A stretch of 61,692 nucleotides of DNA, taken from positions 1-61,692 of IMG/VR virus record IMGVR_UViG_3300007734_000739; one strand, given 5' to 3'. The position numbers and the translations under genes were made by a program. This DNA comes from a virus. Its lineage: Duplodnaviria; Caudoviricetes. Below are positions 1 to 11,200 of the stretch, piece by piece (the first letter of the stretch is position 1; each line of letters starts with the position of its first letter). The notes beneath the pieces are model-generated. The model worked only from the letters and a program-made list of their open reading frames with translations. It searched no databases and had not been told where the DNA came from.

Positions 1-164
1 CCAACGCCGGGAACGCCTAGCGATGCAAGAACGGTTACACAGGCAAATTGGAACGGCGACAAACTAGATGGCACTGGAGCCAGTGGCATAACGCTTGACG
101 TTACCAAGACTCAGATTTTGTACTTTGACTTTGAGTGGCTAGGTGTTGGTCAAGTCAGATGCGG
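1..164. repeat. terminal direct repeat, left copy (circular assembly overlap)
   Basis: bases 1-164 identical to 61529-61692. Confidence 0.97.
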
Positions 165-831
165 ATTCTTCCAAGATGGTGAATTTATTGTCTGCCACAC
201 GTTTGACAATGAGAATGTGCAAGCGTATGTGTACATGACCACTGCTATCTTGCCTATTCGCTATGAAATAACTAACACAGCAGCAACTGCCTCGTCATCC
301 ACGATGCAGCAAATTTGCTCTACGGTAATTTCCAATGGTGGGTATCAACAATCTTCTGCTCTTCATTTGGCGCGGCGCACCACGGCGTTTGCAAACATTG
401 ATACAGCAGCGAACTTTTACCCAATCGTGTCTATTCGCTTGGCCTCCACCGCATTGAATGCGGTAGTGTTGCCCTTTCAGATTCAGTTTCAGCCCACTAC
501 TTTGCAAAACTATGAAGTGGCTTTAATCAAAAACCCTGTTCTGACAGGTGCTTCATGGGCGGCCTCGGCAAGTGATGCAAACGTAGAAATAGATGTATCT
601 GCCACTGCAATTGGCACTGCTGGAACAATTGTGCAGCAGGCATACATTGCAAACACCGGAGGCGGTGGTCAAGCAACCACACTTTTGCCGCAAGGATACA
701 ACTGGGACTTGCAGCTTGGTAGCTCACTTTCTTCAGTCAGCGACATTTACACATTGGGCGTAAGAACCATTTCTGGTGCAACCAAAGGCGATGGCGTAGG
801 CTCAATTTCTTTTTATGATTTGACTCAATAA
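1..831 (+). CDS. 3' part of virion/tail-associated protein that starts at 60965 and spans the circular junction (about 464 aa)
   Basis: ORF 118..831 is in frame with ATG 60965 through the 164-bp overlap; Thr/Ser-rich beta-type C-terminus. Confidence 0.8.
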   Translation, partial: PTPGTPSDARTVTQANWNGDKLDGTGASGITLDVTKTQILYFDFEWLGVGQVRCGFFQDGEFIVCHTFDNENVQAYVYMTTAILPIRYEITNTAATASSSTMQQICSTVISNGGYQQSSALHLARRTTAFANIDTAANFYPIVSIRLASTALNAVVLPFQIQFQPTTLQNYEVALIKNPVLTGASWAASASDANVEIDVSATAIGTAGTIVQQAYIANTGGGGQATTLLPQGYNWDLQLGSSLSSVSDIYTLGVRTISGATKGDGVGSISFYDLTQ

Positions 832-834
832 ACC

Positions 835-1200
835 ATGACGCTACAAGAAATTCTAAAATATTTTGCCGAGCATAACGATCAAGGTGCATCTTATGAAGAT
901 GCAGAAAAATTGGTTGTTGATGCTCAAAATGCAGGCGCAAGAATGGTTGCTGAAGGAAACACGCTTTTTCTTTTTTTAACAAACGATGAAGGTGTTTGTG
1001 AGTTTCAATTTTTAAACGCTGACAAAGAATCAGCTTTTGCAAAAAACTTAAAAGATTTTTTAAACTTAGCAAAAAAAATTGGTTATTCAAAAGCTATGAC
1101 AGACTGTGATGATTCAAAAGAATTGAATATGGTCAAAAAAGCTTTGTCTAACAAATTTAAATTTACTTCAATGCAAAGTTCTGTGGAGGTAAATTTATAA
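835..1200 (+). CDS. hypothetical protein in ejection-protein module
   Basis: 121-aa ORF tightly packed between neighbours; AT-rich. Confidence 0.7.
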   Translation: MTLQEILKYFAEHNDQGASYEDAEKLVVDAQNAGARMVAEGNTLFLFLTNDEGVCEFQFLNADKESAFAKNLKDFLNLAKKIGYSKAMTDCDDSKELNMVKKALSNKFKFTSMQSSVEVNL

Positions 1201-4200
1201 TGGGACTGTTTAAAGCATTAAAATGGGTTGCTTCAAAAGCTACGCAAGCCGTAACTTATGTTGCAAAAAAAATTGAAGATGTTGCAACTACTGTTGTCAA
1301 CACTGTATCCAACATATTAAAAGACCCAAAAGCTGTTGCAATTCTTGCCATAAATGTTATGGCTCCGGGAGCTGGGTCTGCTATTGGTGCATCTTTAGGG
1401 CTGTCGGGAACGATGGCTACATTCGTTGGCAACACGGTATTGAACACAGCATTAAATGGCGGCGATATTAATGCTGCTGCCAAGTCAGCTGCTCTTGCAC
1501 TTGGCGGTCAAGCGGTAGCTGATAAAGTTGTCTCTAATCTTTCTGATGGAGCAATCAGCGCAGCTACAAAACAAATAGTTGGTGGTACTGTTTCCAATGC
1601 AACGATGGCTGCCATTCAAGGGCAAGATCCTGTTGAAGCTATTAAGCGCGGCGGAGTTCTTGCTGGCGTAAACCTAATCACCAGCAACATTGATGGTTTC
1701 GCAACATTACCAGTTCCAGCACAAAACGCTTTAAAGACAACCTTATCTGCATCTTTGCAAGGTAAAGATGCAACAACAAGCATTGTGTATGGAGCGATTG
1801 CTGATGGATTGCAGGCATACAAAAACGTTTCTGATGCTAACGTAGCAACCCAAAAAGAATTGGGCAGAGATTTGACTGAAGATGAGGCAAAAAAGTTTGC
1901 TCTTTACACATCTGCTGGTTCTTTGAGCAGCGACATTAAAAATTTGGTTGTTGGTGAGAAAACAGCTCAGGCAATAGAAAACGGCAATACCTCATTTACC
2001 TATAATGGTAATCCTGTAAGCGTTACCAGCACTGACCTTAACAACTATTTCAAAAACAAACTAACTGCTGCTGGTCTGACTCCAACAGCCGATGACATCA
2101 ATGCAGCAACTGCTGCTTATGGCAAATCAAAAGACGCAACAAGTGCAACCAATGCAATTGTTGATGCCAGAACTGTTGATGCTCAAGAAGTCAAAGATAT
2201 TTTTGCCAAGGAAGGCATTACAAATCTTACGCCCCAGCAAATTGAACAATACGTCAAGTCAAATGTTGATGAGACTACTGCACTTGCTGACATTCAAAAA
2301 CAAGCTGACGAGTCTTACACAACCAGACAAGAGGTATTGGATGCGTTTAAGGGTACTGGATATACACCCACAGATGCAGACATTGCTAGGTTTGAAGGCG
2401 AAAAACCAGAGACTGTGCAAACAAATGCAGTGAATTCGTATGCTGATCCTTTGGTAACTGATTTAGATGAAGCAAAAGATTTTTTGAAATCAGTTCTTGG
2501 CAGGGAGCCAACTGACAGTGAGGCCTCTAAATTTGTTGCGCCAAAATCAGAACAAGAACAAAAAGAAACAATTGGCTTGTATGGCGATATTGTTAAAGCT
2601 TTTGAGCAAGAAAAAAACGAACCTTCAAGCTCAACAGAACTAGCAAAGCTTGCAGAAATTATTTCTGAACCCGGTGTCGTCTTAAGACTTCCAGATGGAA
2701 GAGTTTTAATTGATACAGGCAAAGCAAAAGACTACGGCGAAGGAGCTACTCTTCCTTTGATTAGAGTTATTGCTGATAAATCAGATACGGAAAATTTAAA
2801 TATTCCGACATTTGAAGAAACTCAATACGATGTTTTGCAAGCAATACAAAAACAAAACCCAACTGTAAAAGCTGATGAGTTGGTTACAGATGCCTTCAAT
2901 GCAATGCAAGAGAAGGGATATACCCCAAGCGTTGAGGATCTCATCAATGTCATTACTCAGACAAAAGACAAAACAAAAGCAAGTGTCACCAAAGCAGCTT
3001 CTGACTATGGAGATCAGAAGGTTGTAACAAAAGATGAAGCAAGACAGCGTTTAATTGACAATGGAATTGCAAAACCTACTGATGCGCAAATTAATCAATT
3101 TGTTAAAAAAGGAAACCAAGCTGATGTATTTAAAGAAATAGATACATACGCTAACCCTTTAGCAACTACTGCTGCCGAAGCAGAGCAGATGCTGAAAGAT
3201 GCTGGCATATCTAATCCAACCAAAGAACAGATTGCAATGTTCACAAAAGAAGGGTCACAAACAGATACTCAGCAAGCGTTACTTAAATACATAGATCCTT
3301 TTGTTGTTACAAGAGCGGAGGCAGAAGCTGCTTTAGAGAAGGCGGGTGTGACCAATCCAACGCAGGCGCAAATTGATTTGTTTGCAAAAGAAGGTAATCA
3401 AACAGATATTTTTGATGAGTTGAACAAGTATGGAACTTTAGCAACAGCTACGCAACAACAATATAACGAGCTATCTGCTGCTGATAAAAAACTTGCTGAC
3501 TCTCTTGTGGCTCAAGGCAAAACTTTGGGTGACTCTATTGCTGCTGTTAAGGCCGGTCTTGGAACGCAGATTTCTGATTTGGCAACGACTACACAAAAAC
3601 AATATGACACTCTTACTGCTGCGCAAAAAGCAGAAGTTGATGCTCGCGTCAAACAAGGTCAGGACTTGCAAAAGTCAATTACTGATGTGCAGTCTGGGCT
3701 TGGGACGCAGATTACAAATCTTGCTAAAACCACTCAAGATCAATACAACTCTTTATCTGCTGCGCAAAAGGCCGAAGTTAATGCAAGAGTTAAGGCTGGA
3801 GAATCAACTGACAAAGCGATTGCAACAGTCCAAACAAATATATCTAATCTTGATAAAAGGATTTCAGAGCTTGTCACGCAAGGGCAAGACTACCAAACTG
3901 CTACAAAAAATGCCATAAATGAGTTGTCTCAAAAGAACGCAGATTTATCTAGTCTTATTGGCACGGGCAAGAAAAATGTAACGCAAGCAGACATTGATTT
4001 TATGACTCAAATTGTTTCTGGCAAAGCTGCTGGAGACGCAAGATACGATGTGACTGGGGACAAGAAAGTTACCCAAGAAGACATTGATTATTTGAGCAAG
4101 TATCTTGGCACCGGAACTGGTACAGACACTTTTAAACCCGGCATGGGTACATATTGGGCACCTACGGGTCTATATGGTGAATTGTATGGAAATCAGTTGG

Positions 4201-4613
4201 CTCAAGAAGCTGCTGCTGCCAAGGCAGCTGAAGAAAGAGCGGCTGCCGAAAAAGCTGCTGCCGAAAAAGCTGCTGCTGCTGAGAAAGCCGCCGCAGCCAA
4301 AGCTGCTGCCGATAAATTAGCTTATCAAAAATCTTTAAAACAACAGGCTTACGCAAACAACATAATGATGAACATGGCGGCAAATGCGCCAAGTGGTAAC
4401 GTTACCACGGCTGCGCCTCCGCCTGTTGTTGAGGGCGCTCCTATATTTGATATAGCGGCCCCGCTAGATATTGGGTTTTTCAACCAACCACAAAACCCCA
4501 CACAAGATCAGCCCGGCGTAGTTAAAATTGCTGAAGGCGGGTATATGAACTATTTGTTTCCACCTGAAGAAGTCAGCATGGATGAAATCTTAAAAATTTT
4601 AGAAGGAAGATAG
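1200..4613 (+). CDS. large repeat-rich putative internal virion/ejection protein
   Basis: 1137 aa; Gly/Ala-rich hydrophobic N-terminus, about 46-aa and 44-aa repeats, dockerin/EF-hand-like DVTGDKKVTQED, C-terminal IAEGG; lies after tail nozzle. Confidence 0.65.
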   Translation: MGLFKALKWVASKATQAVTYVAKKIEDVATTVVNTVSNILKDPKAVAILAINVMAPGAGSAIGASLGLSGTMATFVGNTVLNTALNGGDINAAAKSAALALGGQAVADKVVSNLSDGAISAATKQIVGGTVSNATMAAIQGQDPVEAIKRGGVLAGVNLITSNIDGFATLPVPAQNALKTTLSASLQGKDATTSIVYGAIADGLQAYKNVSDANVATQKELGRDLTEDEAKKFALYTSAGSLSSDIKNLVVGEKTAQAIENGNTSFTYNGNPVSVTSTDLNNYFKNKLTAAGLTPTADDINAATAAYGKSKDATSATNAIVDARTVDAQEVKDIFAKEGITNLTPQQIEQYVKSNVDETTALADIQKQADESYTTRQEVLDAFKGTGYTPTDADIARFEGEKPETVQTNAVNSYADPLVTDLDEAKDFLKSVLGREPTDSEASKFVAPKSEQEQKETIGLYGDIVKAFEQEKNEPSSSTELAKLAEIISEPGVVLRLPDGRVLIDTGKAKDYGEGATLPLIRVIADKSDTENLNIPTFEETQYDVLQAIQKQNPTVKADELVTDAFNAMQEKGYTPSVEDLINVITQTKDKTKASVTKAASDYGDQKVVTKDEARQRLIDNGIAKPTDAQINQFVKKGNQADVFKEIDTYANPLATTAAEAEQMLKDAGISNPTKEQIAMFTKEGSQTDTQQALLKYIDPFVVTRAEAEAALEKAGVTNPTQAQIDLFAKEGNQTDIFDELNKYGTLATATQQQYNELSAADKKLADSLVAQGKTLGDSIAAVKAGLGTQISDLATTTQKQYDTLTAAQKAEVDARVKQGQDLQKSITDVQSGLGTQITNLAKTTQDQYNSLSAAQKAEVNARVKAGESTDKAIATVQTNISNLDKRISELVTQGQDYQTATKNAINELSQKNADLSSLIGTGKKNVTQADIDFMTQIVSGKAAGDARYDVTGDKKVTQEDIDYLSKYLGTGTGTDTFKPGMGTYWAPTGLYGELYGNQLAQEAAAAKAAEERAAAEKAAAEKAAAAEKAAAAKAAADKLAYQKSLKQQAYANNIMMNMAANAPSGNVTTAAPPPVVEGAPIFDIAAPLDIGFFNQPQNPTQDQPGVVKIAEGGYMNYLFPPEEVSMDEILKILEGR

Positions 4614-4614
4614 C

Positions 4615-6603
4615 ATGTACGATGACCAAAATTTTAACTTTGATAACTACGGAGCGGATGTCATCCCTGATTCTGCCAATACAAGCTCTCCTTCAGACTT
4701 GAGTGATTACGACTATGGTGATCCTGATCTGCTTGTAAATAATGATACAAGTTCGTACTATGGTGACAATACATTTGAGTACCCCGGAAATCCTTACGGC
4801 GGTGAAACCACATACTACGGTACTGGTGAACTAACCGACGCAGAAAAAGCAGAGCTTGCAAAGCAGACCAACCCCAGCGTTAGACAATTTATTTCAGATA
4901 CTGTCAATAAATTAGGCGATAAAGCAGGCGCATTTCTTAAAAATTACCTTTACGATCCCAAGACAGGAAAGCTCAATCTTGCTGGTATTGTTACAGGCGT
5001 GACAGCTTTAAAGGCTTTGAGCGGTGGAGATACGCCTAAATCTACAGCGTATCAAGGGAAGATCCCTAATCTGACGGCTGTAACACAGGCCATCAATTAC
5101 CAAGACCCCAATCGCAGGCCGGGAGAAAGTGGCAGACGCTACTTTACTGGTACTCAATACGTCACCCCTGAAAATGTGGCGGCAGCCGAAAGCGCTTCTC
5201 AGGCAAAAGCCGCTGGCATTTTGTCTGGATATAAGCCTAAAGAAACCCCTGAAGTTAACCCATATGCTGGTACTTTTGCCATGAAATTTGCAACACCCAT
5301 GTCTGGTGCTGGTAACGTTACCACTTCTCCTGCTTCTGGAGTAAGAAGCCTCTTGCCTGTACCCGAAGCAAGTGCCACAATGAATGAAGGGTTTGCTGGA
5401 GGTGGAATGGCACAAGGCAGATATTTAAAAGGCGCAACTGACGGAATGGCTGATGAAATCCCATCTTCTATTGATGGCAAGCAAAAAGCCGCTCTGAGTC
5501 ATGGAGAGTTTGTTATTCCTGCCGATGTGGTGTCCCACTTGGGTAATGGCAATTCTGACGCTGGTGCCAAAAAACTATATGAAATGATGGCGCGGGTGCG
5601 TAAAGCTCGCACTGGAAACGCAGAACAAGGCAAGAAGATCAATCCAAACCAGTTTATGCCCGGCGGTCAAGTCGGATATGCTGCTGGTGGCATTGCCAAG
5701 TTTGCTGGAACAGATGGAAGTTTGGTTGGCTCAAGCGGCACCACAGGCCCAGCTACAACTGGCGTGAGCACGCCTGCAATACCAAAACAAGGCGAATCTG
5801 TAGCTACTAATTTATCAGGCTGGGCAGGCCCATATGTTTCTGATTACCTTGGTAAAGGGCAGGCACTGTCTAATATGCCGTATCAGGCGTACACAGGGCC
5901 ATTGACTGCTGGCCCCTCGCAATTACAACAGCAGCAATACGCTGGACTTAGCGATATTGCCAAAACTGGATACACCCCCGGACAATTTACGGGCGGCATT
6001 TTTGATACTGCTGCTGCACAGCAATACATGAATCCATACTTGTCAGCTGCGCTTGACCCTCAGTTAGCAGAGCTGCGTCGCCAAGGACAGATTACCAATC
6101 TTGGCAACCAAGCTCAAGCTACAAAGATGGGTGTGTTTGGTGGCTCAGGTTCTACCTTGATGCAGACAGAAACACAGCGCAATGTGCTGGACAAAATGCA
6201 ACAAGCTTTGGGTCAAGGCTATAACACTGCCTATGACAAAGCAATGGCGCAGTACAACGCTGACCAACAGCGCAGAATACAAGCCGCTCAGGATGAAGAA
6301 TCCTCAAGACAGTTTGGCGCTAACTTTGGACTCAAGACACTGCAAGACCTTGGCGCAGCAGGCGCTACACAAAGAGATATTGCGCAACAAGGCATTACTG
6401 CTGACAAGGCTCAATTTGAAGAAGAAAGAGATTTCCCGTACAAGCAAGTTCAATTCCAAAAATCTTTGCTTACAGGTCTTCCAATAACCACGACAGACAC
6501 AACGCCTATGCAAAGTGATATTTCAAAGATTTCTGCTCAAATTCAAGGGCTTGCATCTTTGTATCAATTGCTTGCAGGTTTGGGGCAAACTCAGCCGAAA
6601 TGA
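4615..6603 (+). CDS. putative internal virion (DNA ejection) protein
   Basis: 662 aa, Gly/Ala/Gln-rich, YMNPY motif and LSHGEFVIPADVV block typical of podovirus-like DNA transfer proteins. Confidence 0.65.
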   Translation: MYDDQNFNFDNYGADVIPDSANTSSPSDLSDYDYGDPDLLVNNDTSSYYGDNTFEYPGNPYGGETTYYGTGELTDAEKAELAKQTNPSVRQFISDTVNKLGDKAGAFLKNYLYDPKTGKLNLAGIVTGVTALKALSGGDTPKSTAYQGKIPNLTAVTQAINYQDPNRRPGESGRRYFTGTQYVTPENVAAAESASQAKAAGILSGYKPKETPEVNPYAGTFAMKFATPMSGAGNVTTSPASGVRSLLPVPEASATMNEGFAGGGMAQGRYLKGATDGMADEIPSSIDGKQKAALSHGEFVIPADVVSHLGNGNSDAGAKKLYEMMARVRKARTGNAEQGKKINPNQFMPGGQVGYAAGGIAKFAGTDGSLVGSSGTTGPATTGVSTPAIPKQGESVATNLSGWAGPYVSDYLGKGQALSNMPYQAYTGPLTAGPSQLQQQQYAGLSDIAKTGYTPGQFTGGIFDTAAAQQYMNPYLSAALDPQLAELRRQGQITNLGNQAQATKMGVFGGSGSTLMQTETQRNVLDKMQQALGQGYNTAYDKAMAQYNADQQRRIQAAQDEESSRQFGANFGLKTLQDLGAAGATQRDIAQQGITADKAQFEEERDFPYKQVQFQKSLLTGLPITTTDTTPMQSDISKISAQIQGLASLYQLLAGLGQTQPK

Positions 6604-6612
6604 AAGAAAATT

Positions 6613-8235
6613 ATGAATCTTGTTCAAATTAACGAGCATTTAAAAGAAGTACCTTTGCAGGCATTGATGTCGTATGCAAATGGGGCCAACCCAATGGTGC
6701 CGCCTTACATGGCTACTGGCGAATTAAAACGCCGTGAAGTCATGCAGCAAAAGCAACAGCAGTCTCAGCAAGCCCAACAAGGCATGCCAACAGTAAAAGA
6801 TCAGGTCGAGCAGCAGGCTGGATTGATGGCATTACAGGCACAGCAACAAAAACAAGCACAAGAACAAATGATGCAGCAGGTTCAAACGCAGCCCATGCCT
6901 GTTCCTCCTGAAGTTCCGCAGCCTTCTATGCAAGAAGAAGAAGAGCCTGCTTATGCGTATGGCGGTATTGCAAAATTGCCAGTGCGTTCTGATATGTATG
7001 AATTCAATAGCGGTGGAATTATTGCCTTTGACGGAACAAAAGGCAGTCAAGTTCCTGTTGTAGAAGAAACTGAAGAAGAGAAAAAACGCAGAATTCAACG
7101 TTTGTTAACGCAGGGTTTGCCTTCTACACAAGGTGTTGCTCCTCCGCCAAGCGAAGCAATTGCAGCATCCAAAGAAGAGCCTGCTGGATTGCCTACTCTG
7201 ATGGGGTCATCAGAGCCACCTAAACCTGCGCCTCGCCCCGGCGAAGCAGAGATCCCCGGACTGTATGACACGCAAGCGTTAGATATAGTTAAACAACGTC
7301 TTACGCCAAGGACGCTGAAAGAAATTGCACAATCTCAAGCTGAAGCTGAAAAACTTGCTGGAGTTGAAGGCAAGTATGGCGAAAATCAAATAAAACGATT
7401 TGGTGAAGAAGAAGCACAATACAAGCAGATGCTTCAAGATCGAAACTTCAATCGCATGCTGGCTGTTTTGGGCGGCATAGCTCAAGGTGGATTAGGTGGT
7501 GCTGGCCCTGCTTACTTGCAAACACAAGCTGCTGAACAGGCTGCTGATATTGCTCAGAAGCGTCGAATGAATGAGTTGTATGGAAACGTTGAGGCCAAGC
7601 AGCGTGAAGAAGCTCGGGCTAAGTTCAAAGACATTACCACTCCTTATGAGGCTGGATATACACAAGCTGGTGATCTTGCTGGCAAGATGGCCTCTTCTAT
7701 AATGTCTAGTCAAACTGAGTTTGCCAAGGAAGCAATCAACAACAAGAATGCTTTGGATCGCTTGGATATTCAATACAAGAGAGACTTGGAAGCAGCACAA
7801 CGTAGGGTTGCTAGTGAAATAGAGTTGCGCAAACTTGAAAACGATTACGCTCTCAAGCGCGATGAAATCAACAAAAAAGCCCAAATTGATTTGGAAAATT
7901 ATCGCCGCACCGCACCGACTGATGAGCAAAAGAATATCAATGCATTTATTGCTCGCTGGAAAAAAGATCCAAAGAATAAAAACAAATCTGAAATTGATGC
8001 ATATGGCGATTACTTTGGGTATAGGCTCAATACCGAAATTAAAAATGAAAATATTCAATTGCAATCTTTAAAAGCTCGGCAAATTAGCTACAAAGATCAG
8101 CTTGAAAACAACTTCAGTTTGTCCAAAGAAAAACGCGCTGAAATTCAACAAAAATTAGATCAAGTAAATCAAGATCTTGAGCGCTTAGGGCAATTATCAA
8201 ATCCCGCAGGTAAACCTTCAGTGAGCAACTGGTAA
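6613..8235 (+). CDS. putative internal virion (ejection) protein, coiled-coil
   Basis: 540 aa, Q/E/A-rich helical; lies between ejection genes. Confidence 0.6.
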   Translation: MNLVQINEHLKEVPLQALMSYANGANPMVPPYMATGELKRREVMQQKQQQSQQAQQGMPTVKDQVEQQAGLMALQAQQQKQAQEQMMQQVQTQPMPVPPEVPQPSMQEEEEPAYAYGGIAKLPVRSDMYEFNSGGIIAFDGTKGSQVPVVEETEEEKKRRIQRLLTQGLPSTQGVAPPPSEAIAASKEEPAGLPTLMGSSEPPKPAPRPGEAEIPGLYDTQALDIVKQRLTPRTLKEIAQSQAEAEKLAGVEGKYGENQIKRFGEEEAQYKQMLQDRNFNRMLAVLGGIAQGGLGGAGPAYLQTQAAEQAADIAQKRRMNELYGNVEAKQREEARAKFKDITTPYEAGYTQAGDLAGKMASSIMSSQTEFAKEAINNKNALDRLDIQYKRDLEAAQRRVASEIELRKLENDYALKRDEINKKAQIDLENYRRTAPTDEQKNINAFIARWKKDPKNKNKSEIDAYGDYFGYRLNTEIKNENIQLQSLKARQISYKDQLENNFSLSKEKRAEIQQKLDQVNQDLERLGQLSNPAGKPSVSNW

Positions 8236-8237
8236 AA

Positions 8238-11200
8238 ATGCCACGCAATATCACAGTCACTTTTGATGATGGGTCTTCCCATGTTTACCAAAATGCTCCT
8301 GATGACGTAACACCTGATGCGGTTGCATCTAGGGCAAAGAAGGAGTTTGGTAAAAACGTAACCGCTTTGGATGGTGGTAGAGCTGCACCTGCTGCTCCAG
8401 CCAAACCTCCTGAACGCACATACGGAGAAGCTGCGCAAGACGTAGCCGGAAAACTTATCTCTGGTACTGGTTCTTTGGTTCAGTTTCCGGGTCAGCTTTA
8501 TGGCTTGGCTACTGGAGATTTTTCCAAGACAGGTCTACTGGGTGCTGGTGAGGATATTCAGAAGTATGGTGAGTCTTTGCTGTCTCCTGCATTGAAGGCC
8601 AAAGAAGAGGCAAGAGCGCAGAAGATTCAAGAGGCTGAGAAGACTGGTCAGCTTGCCGCTGCTGGTACAGCATTTACCGAAACAGTAAAAGATCCTGCCC
8701 TGCTGGTTGGGTTCTTGGTTGAGCAAGTTCCTCAATTGATCCCTGCTTTGTTAACGGGTGGCGGTACTGCTGCGTTGACTGCTGCTGGTATTGCTTCCAA
8801 AGAAGCTGCTGCATTGGTTGCCAGTGGTGCAGCCAAGGAAGCCGCCCAGATTGCAGCCAAAGAGATTGCTGCCAAGAAAGCTGGTGAGCTTGGTGCCAAG
8901 GCTGCTGTTGGTATGGGTGCTGTACAGCAAGGCGCTGACGTTGGTGCCGGTGCGTATGAAGACATCTACAAAGCAGCAATTGCCAAAGGTATACCTGAAG
9001 CTGAAGCCGCTAAGACTGCACTGAATGCTGCACGGGCTGCTGGTGCATCTGGTGCCATCATTTCTCTGTTGGCTCAAAGACTGCCGGGCGCACGGACACT
9101 TGAAGAATCTTTTGCTGGAGTACCCGGCACGACAGGGCGTTTGTTGGGTGCCGGTAAAGGTTTGCTTGGCGAGTCTGTTGGTGAAGTCACCGAAGAGGGC
9201 GGCGGCAAGTTTACTCAGAACTTGGCGATGCGAGAAGTCAATCCTGAGCAGGATTTATTGGCAGGTGTTGGTCAAGCTGCTGGTATGGCTGCTATTGGTG
9301 GTGGCGGTATGGGTGCTATTGCTGGTGGTCTGCGCACTCCAGAAACAAAACCAGTTGAGCCGCCCGGCAAACCCAAAGTGGAAACGTTACCACCAGCGCC
9401 TGAAGTGCCTCCTGAAGCTCCGCCTACGGCTGCAAAACCTCCACCACCTCCGCCTGAGCCTAAGAAGGAATTTAAGCCAGCAGATGTTGAGGCTTTGGCT
9501 AACTACACCGAAGGCTTGCCTGAAGATGCAGCCGACGTATTCCAGCGCTTACAGAACAGAGACAGGGCTACTCCCGCCTCTATTCAACAGATGCAAGGTA
9601 TCGCATCCAATCCTGACTATGATCGCCTGAAGACCTCTCCTGACTTTGGGTCTGGTGCGCCTGTGGTCATCAGCGACATCAAGATTCCTGACAGCCAAAT
9701 GGGACGGCAAGATATTGTCACTGCTTCAGACGGCAGAAAGATTCCTGTCCAGTATGCAGTTGTGGATGCTGGGGATTTGATGCCGTCTCACACGGCAAGC
9801 GGTCAGACAAACACCGAATATGGAAACGTTACCACTCCTGCGATCAGACCCGTGGCTGGTAATGGACGGGTGGCTGGGTTACAGGCCGCCTACAACCTTG
9901 ATGCAGCAAGCGACTATCGAGCAGCGTTGCAACTTGATACTCAGCACGGGGTAGACCAAGGTGCAATATTGGATATGGAACGACCTGTACTGGTCAGGAT
10001 CATGCCCAAGTCTTATGTCACGCCTGACATTGGTGATGTGTCCAATGTGGCTGGGCAGTTGCGCTTAAACCCTGTTGAAGCGGCAAAGAATGATGTCAAC
10101 CGCTTTGACTTAGAGGGCTTGCAGTTTAATGAAGACGGTGGCATCAACGCCAACTCTGTCATTCAGTTTATTCGTGCCATGCCCAAAGAAGAGCAGGGTG
10201 AACTGATTGATAAGAATGGTGCGCCAAATGCCATTGCTTTTGATCGACTGAACAATGCTGTGTTTTACAAGGCATATGGCAGCGACAGTTTGATTGACCT
10301 GTACGCACAAGCCGCTGACCCAGAAGCAAAGCTGATCTTGCAAGGCTTGGCTAAGGCTGCGCCCAGTGTTTCTCAGTTGGAAGGTGCAGGCGAATACGAC
10401 ATCAGACCAAACATTGTTGAGGCTGCTGAGTTGGCGGTCAATGCTCGTAGACAAGGTATCAAGCTCAAGGATTTTGTTGACCAAGGTCAGCTTGGCGTTG
10501 ATCCCAACACAATAGCTGTGCTGGAAATGTTTGCTGAACATGGACGTTCTGGTAAGCGCATGGGTGAATTGCTCAGTAACTTGGCAGACAAAGCTTACGA
10601 CCAAGCTCAAGCCGGTGAGGATATGTTTGGTGAAAAACCAAAACTTCCGTTGGCTGATGTGTTTAAAGCACTGAAGCCAGAAGCTGCGCCCGATCTATTT
10701 ACAGAACCACCCAAGTTGCCAGAAGTCCCAGAGCCAAAAGACTTTGTAGCCAAGAAGTCAATGGAAGAGATTGCCAAAGAAATCAAAGGCATGACTGCCA
10801 CTGAACTTTCTCAATGGGCTGTTGACAATGCGCCTAACAGTGCAGCCAAAGCAATTGCTGAAAAGGTTTTGATTCGCATCAAAGAGTTGGATGCAAGGAA
10901 TTTCTTTGACAAACCTGTTGAAGTGTTAAACAGGGACAACCTTACCTATCGCGGTAGATTTACTTATGCGCTTAACTTTAGCTACGGCAGATTGAAATTT
11001 GCTGGATTAAAGAACGGCAAAGCACATAGCGGCACAGGCACAAGATACATCACCATTTTGCATGAGCTGCTGCATGCGGCGACTGTTCCGGCATTAAGCA
11101 CCCGTGGCAAAGACTACAACGATTTGACAGTTGTTCTTAACAAAGTTAAGAAACAAATTAATGAAGATCAGAAGGCAGGCAAGACACACCCAGTTTTTGA

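Noticed and set aside
1-164. Biological terminal repeat of the virion DNA
   Set aside because: It falls mid-gene and the frame continues through it, so it is better explained as circular assembly overlap
4205-4315. GCTGCTGCCGAAAAA-like tandem repeat as a DNA element
   Set aside because: Explained by an Ala/Glu/Lys-rich helical linker (AAAEKAAA)
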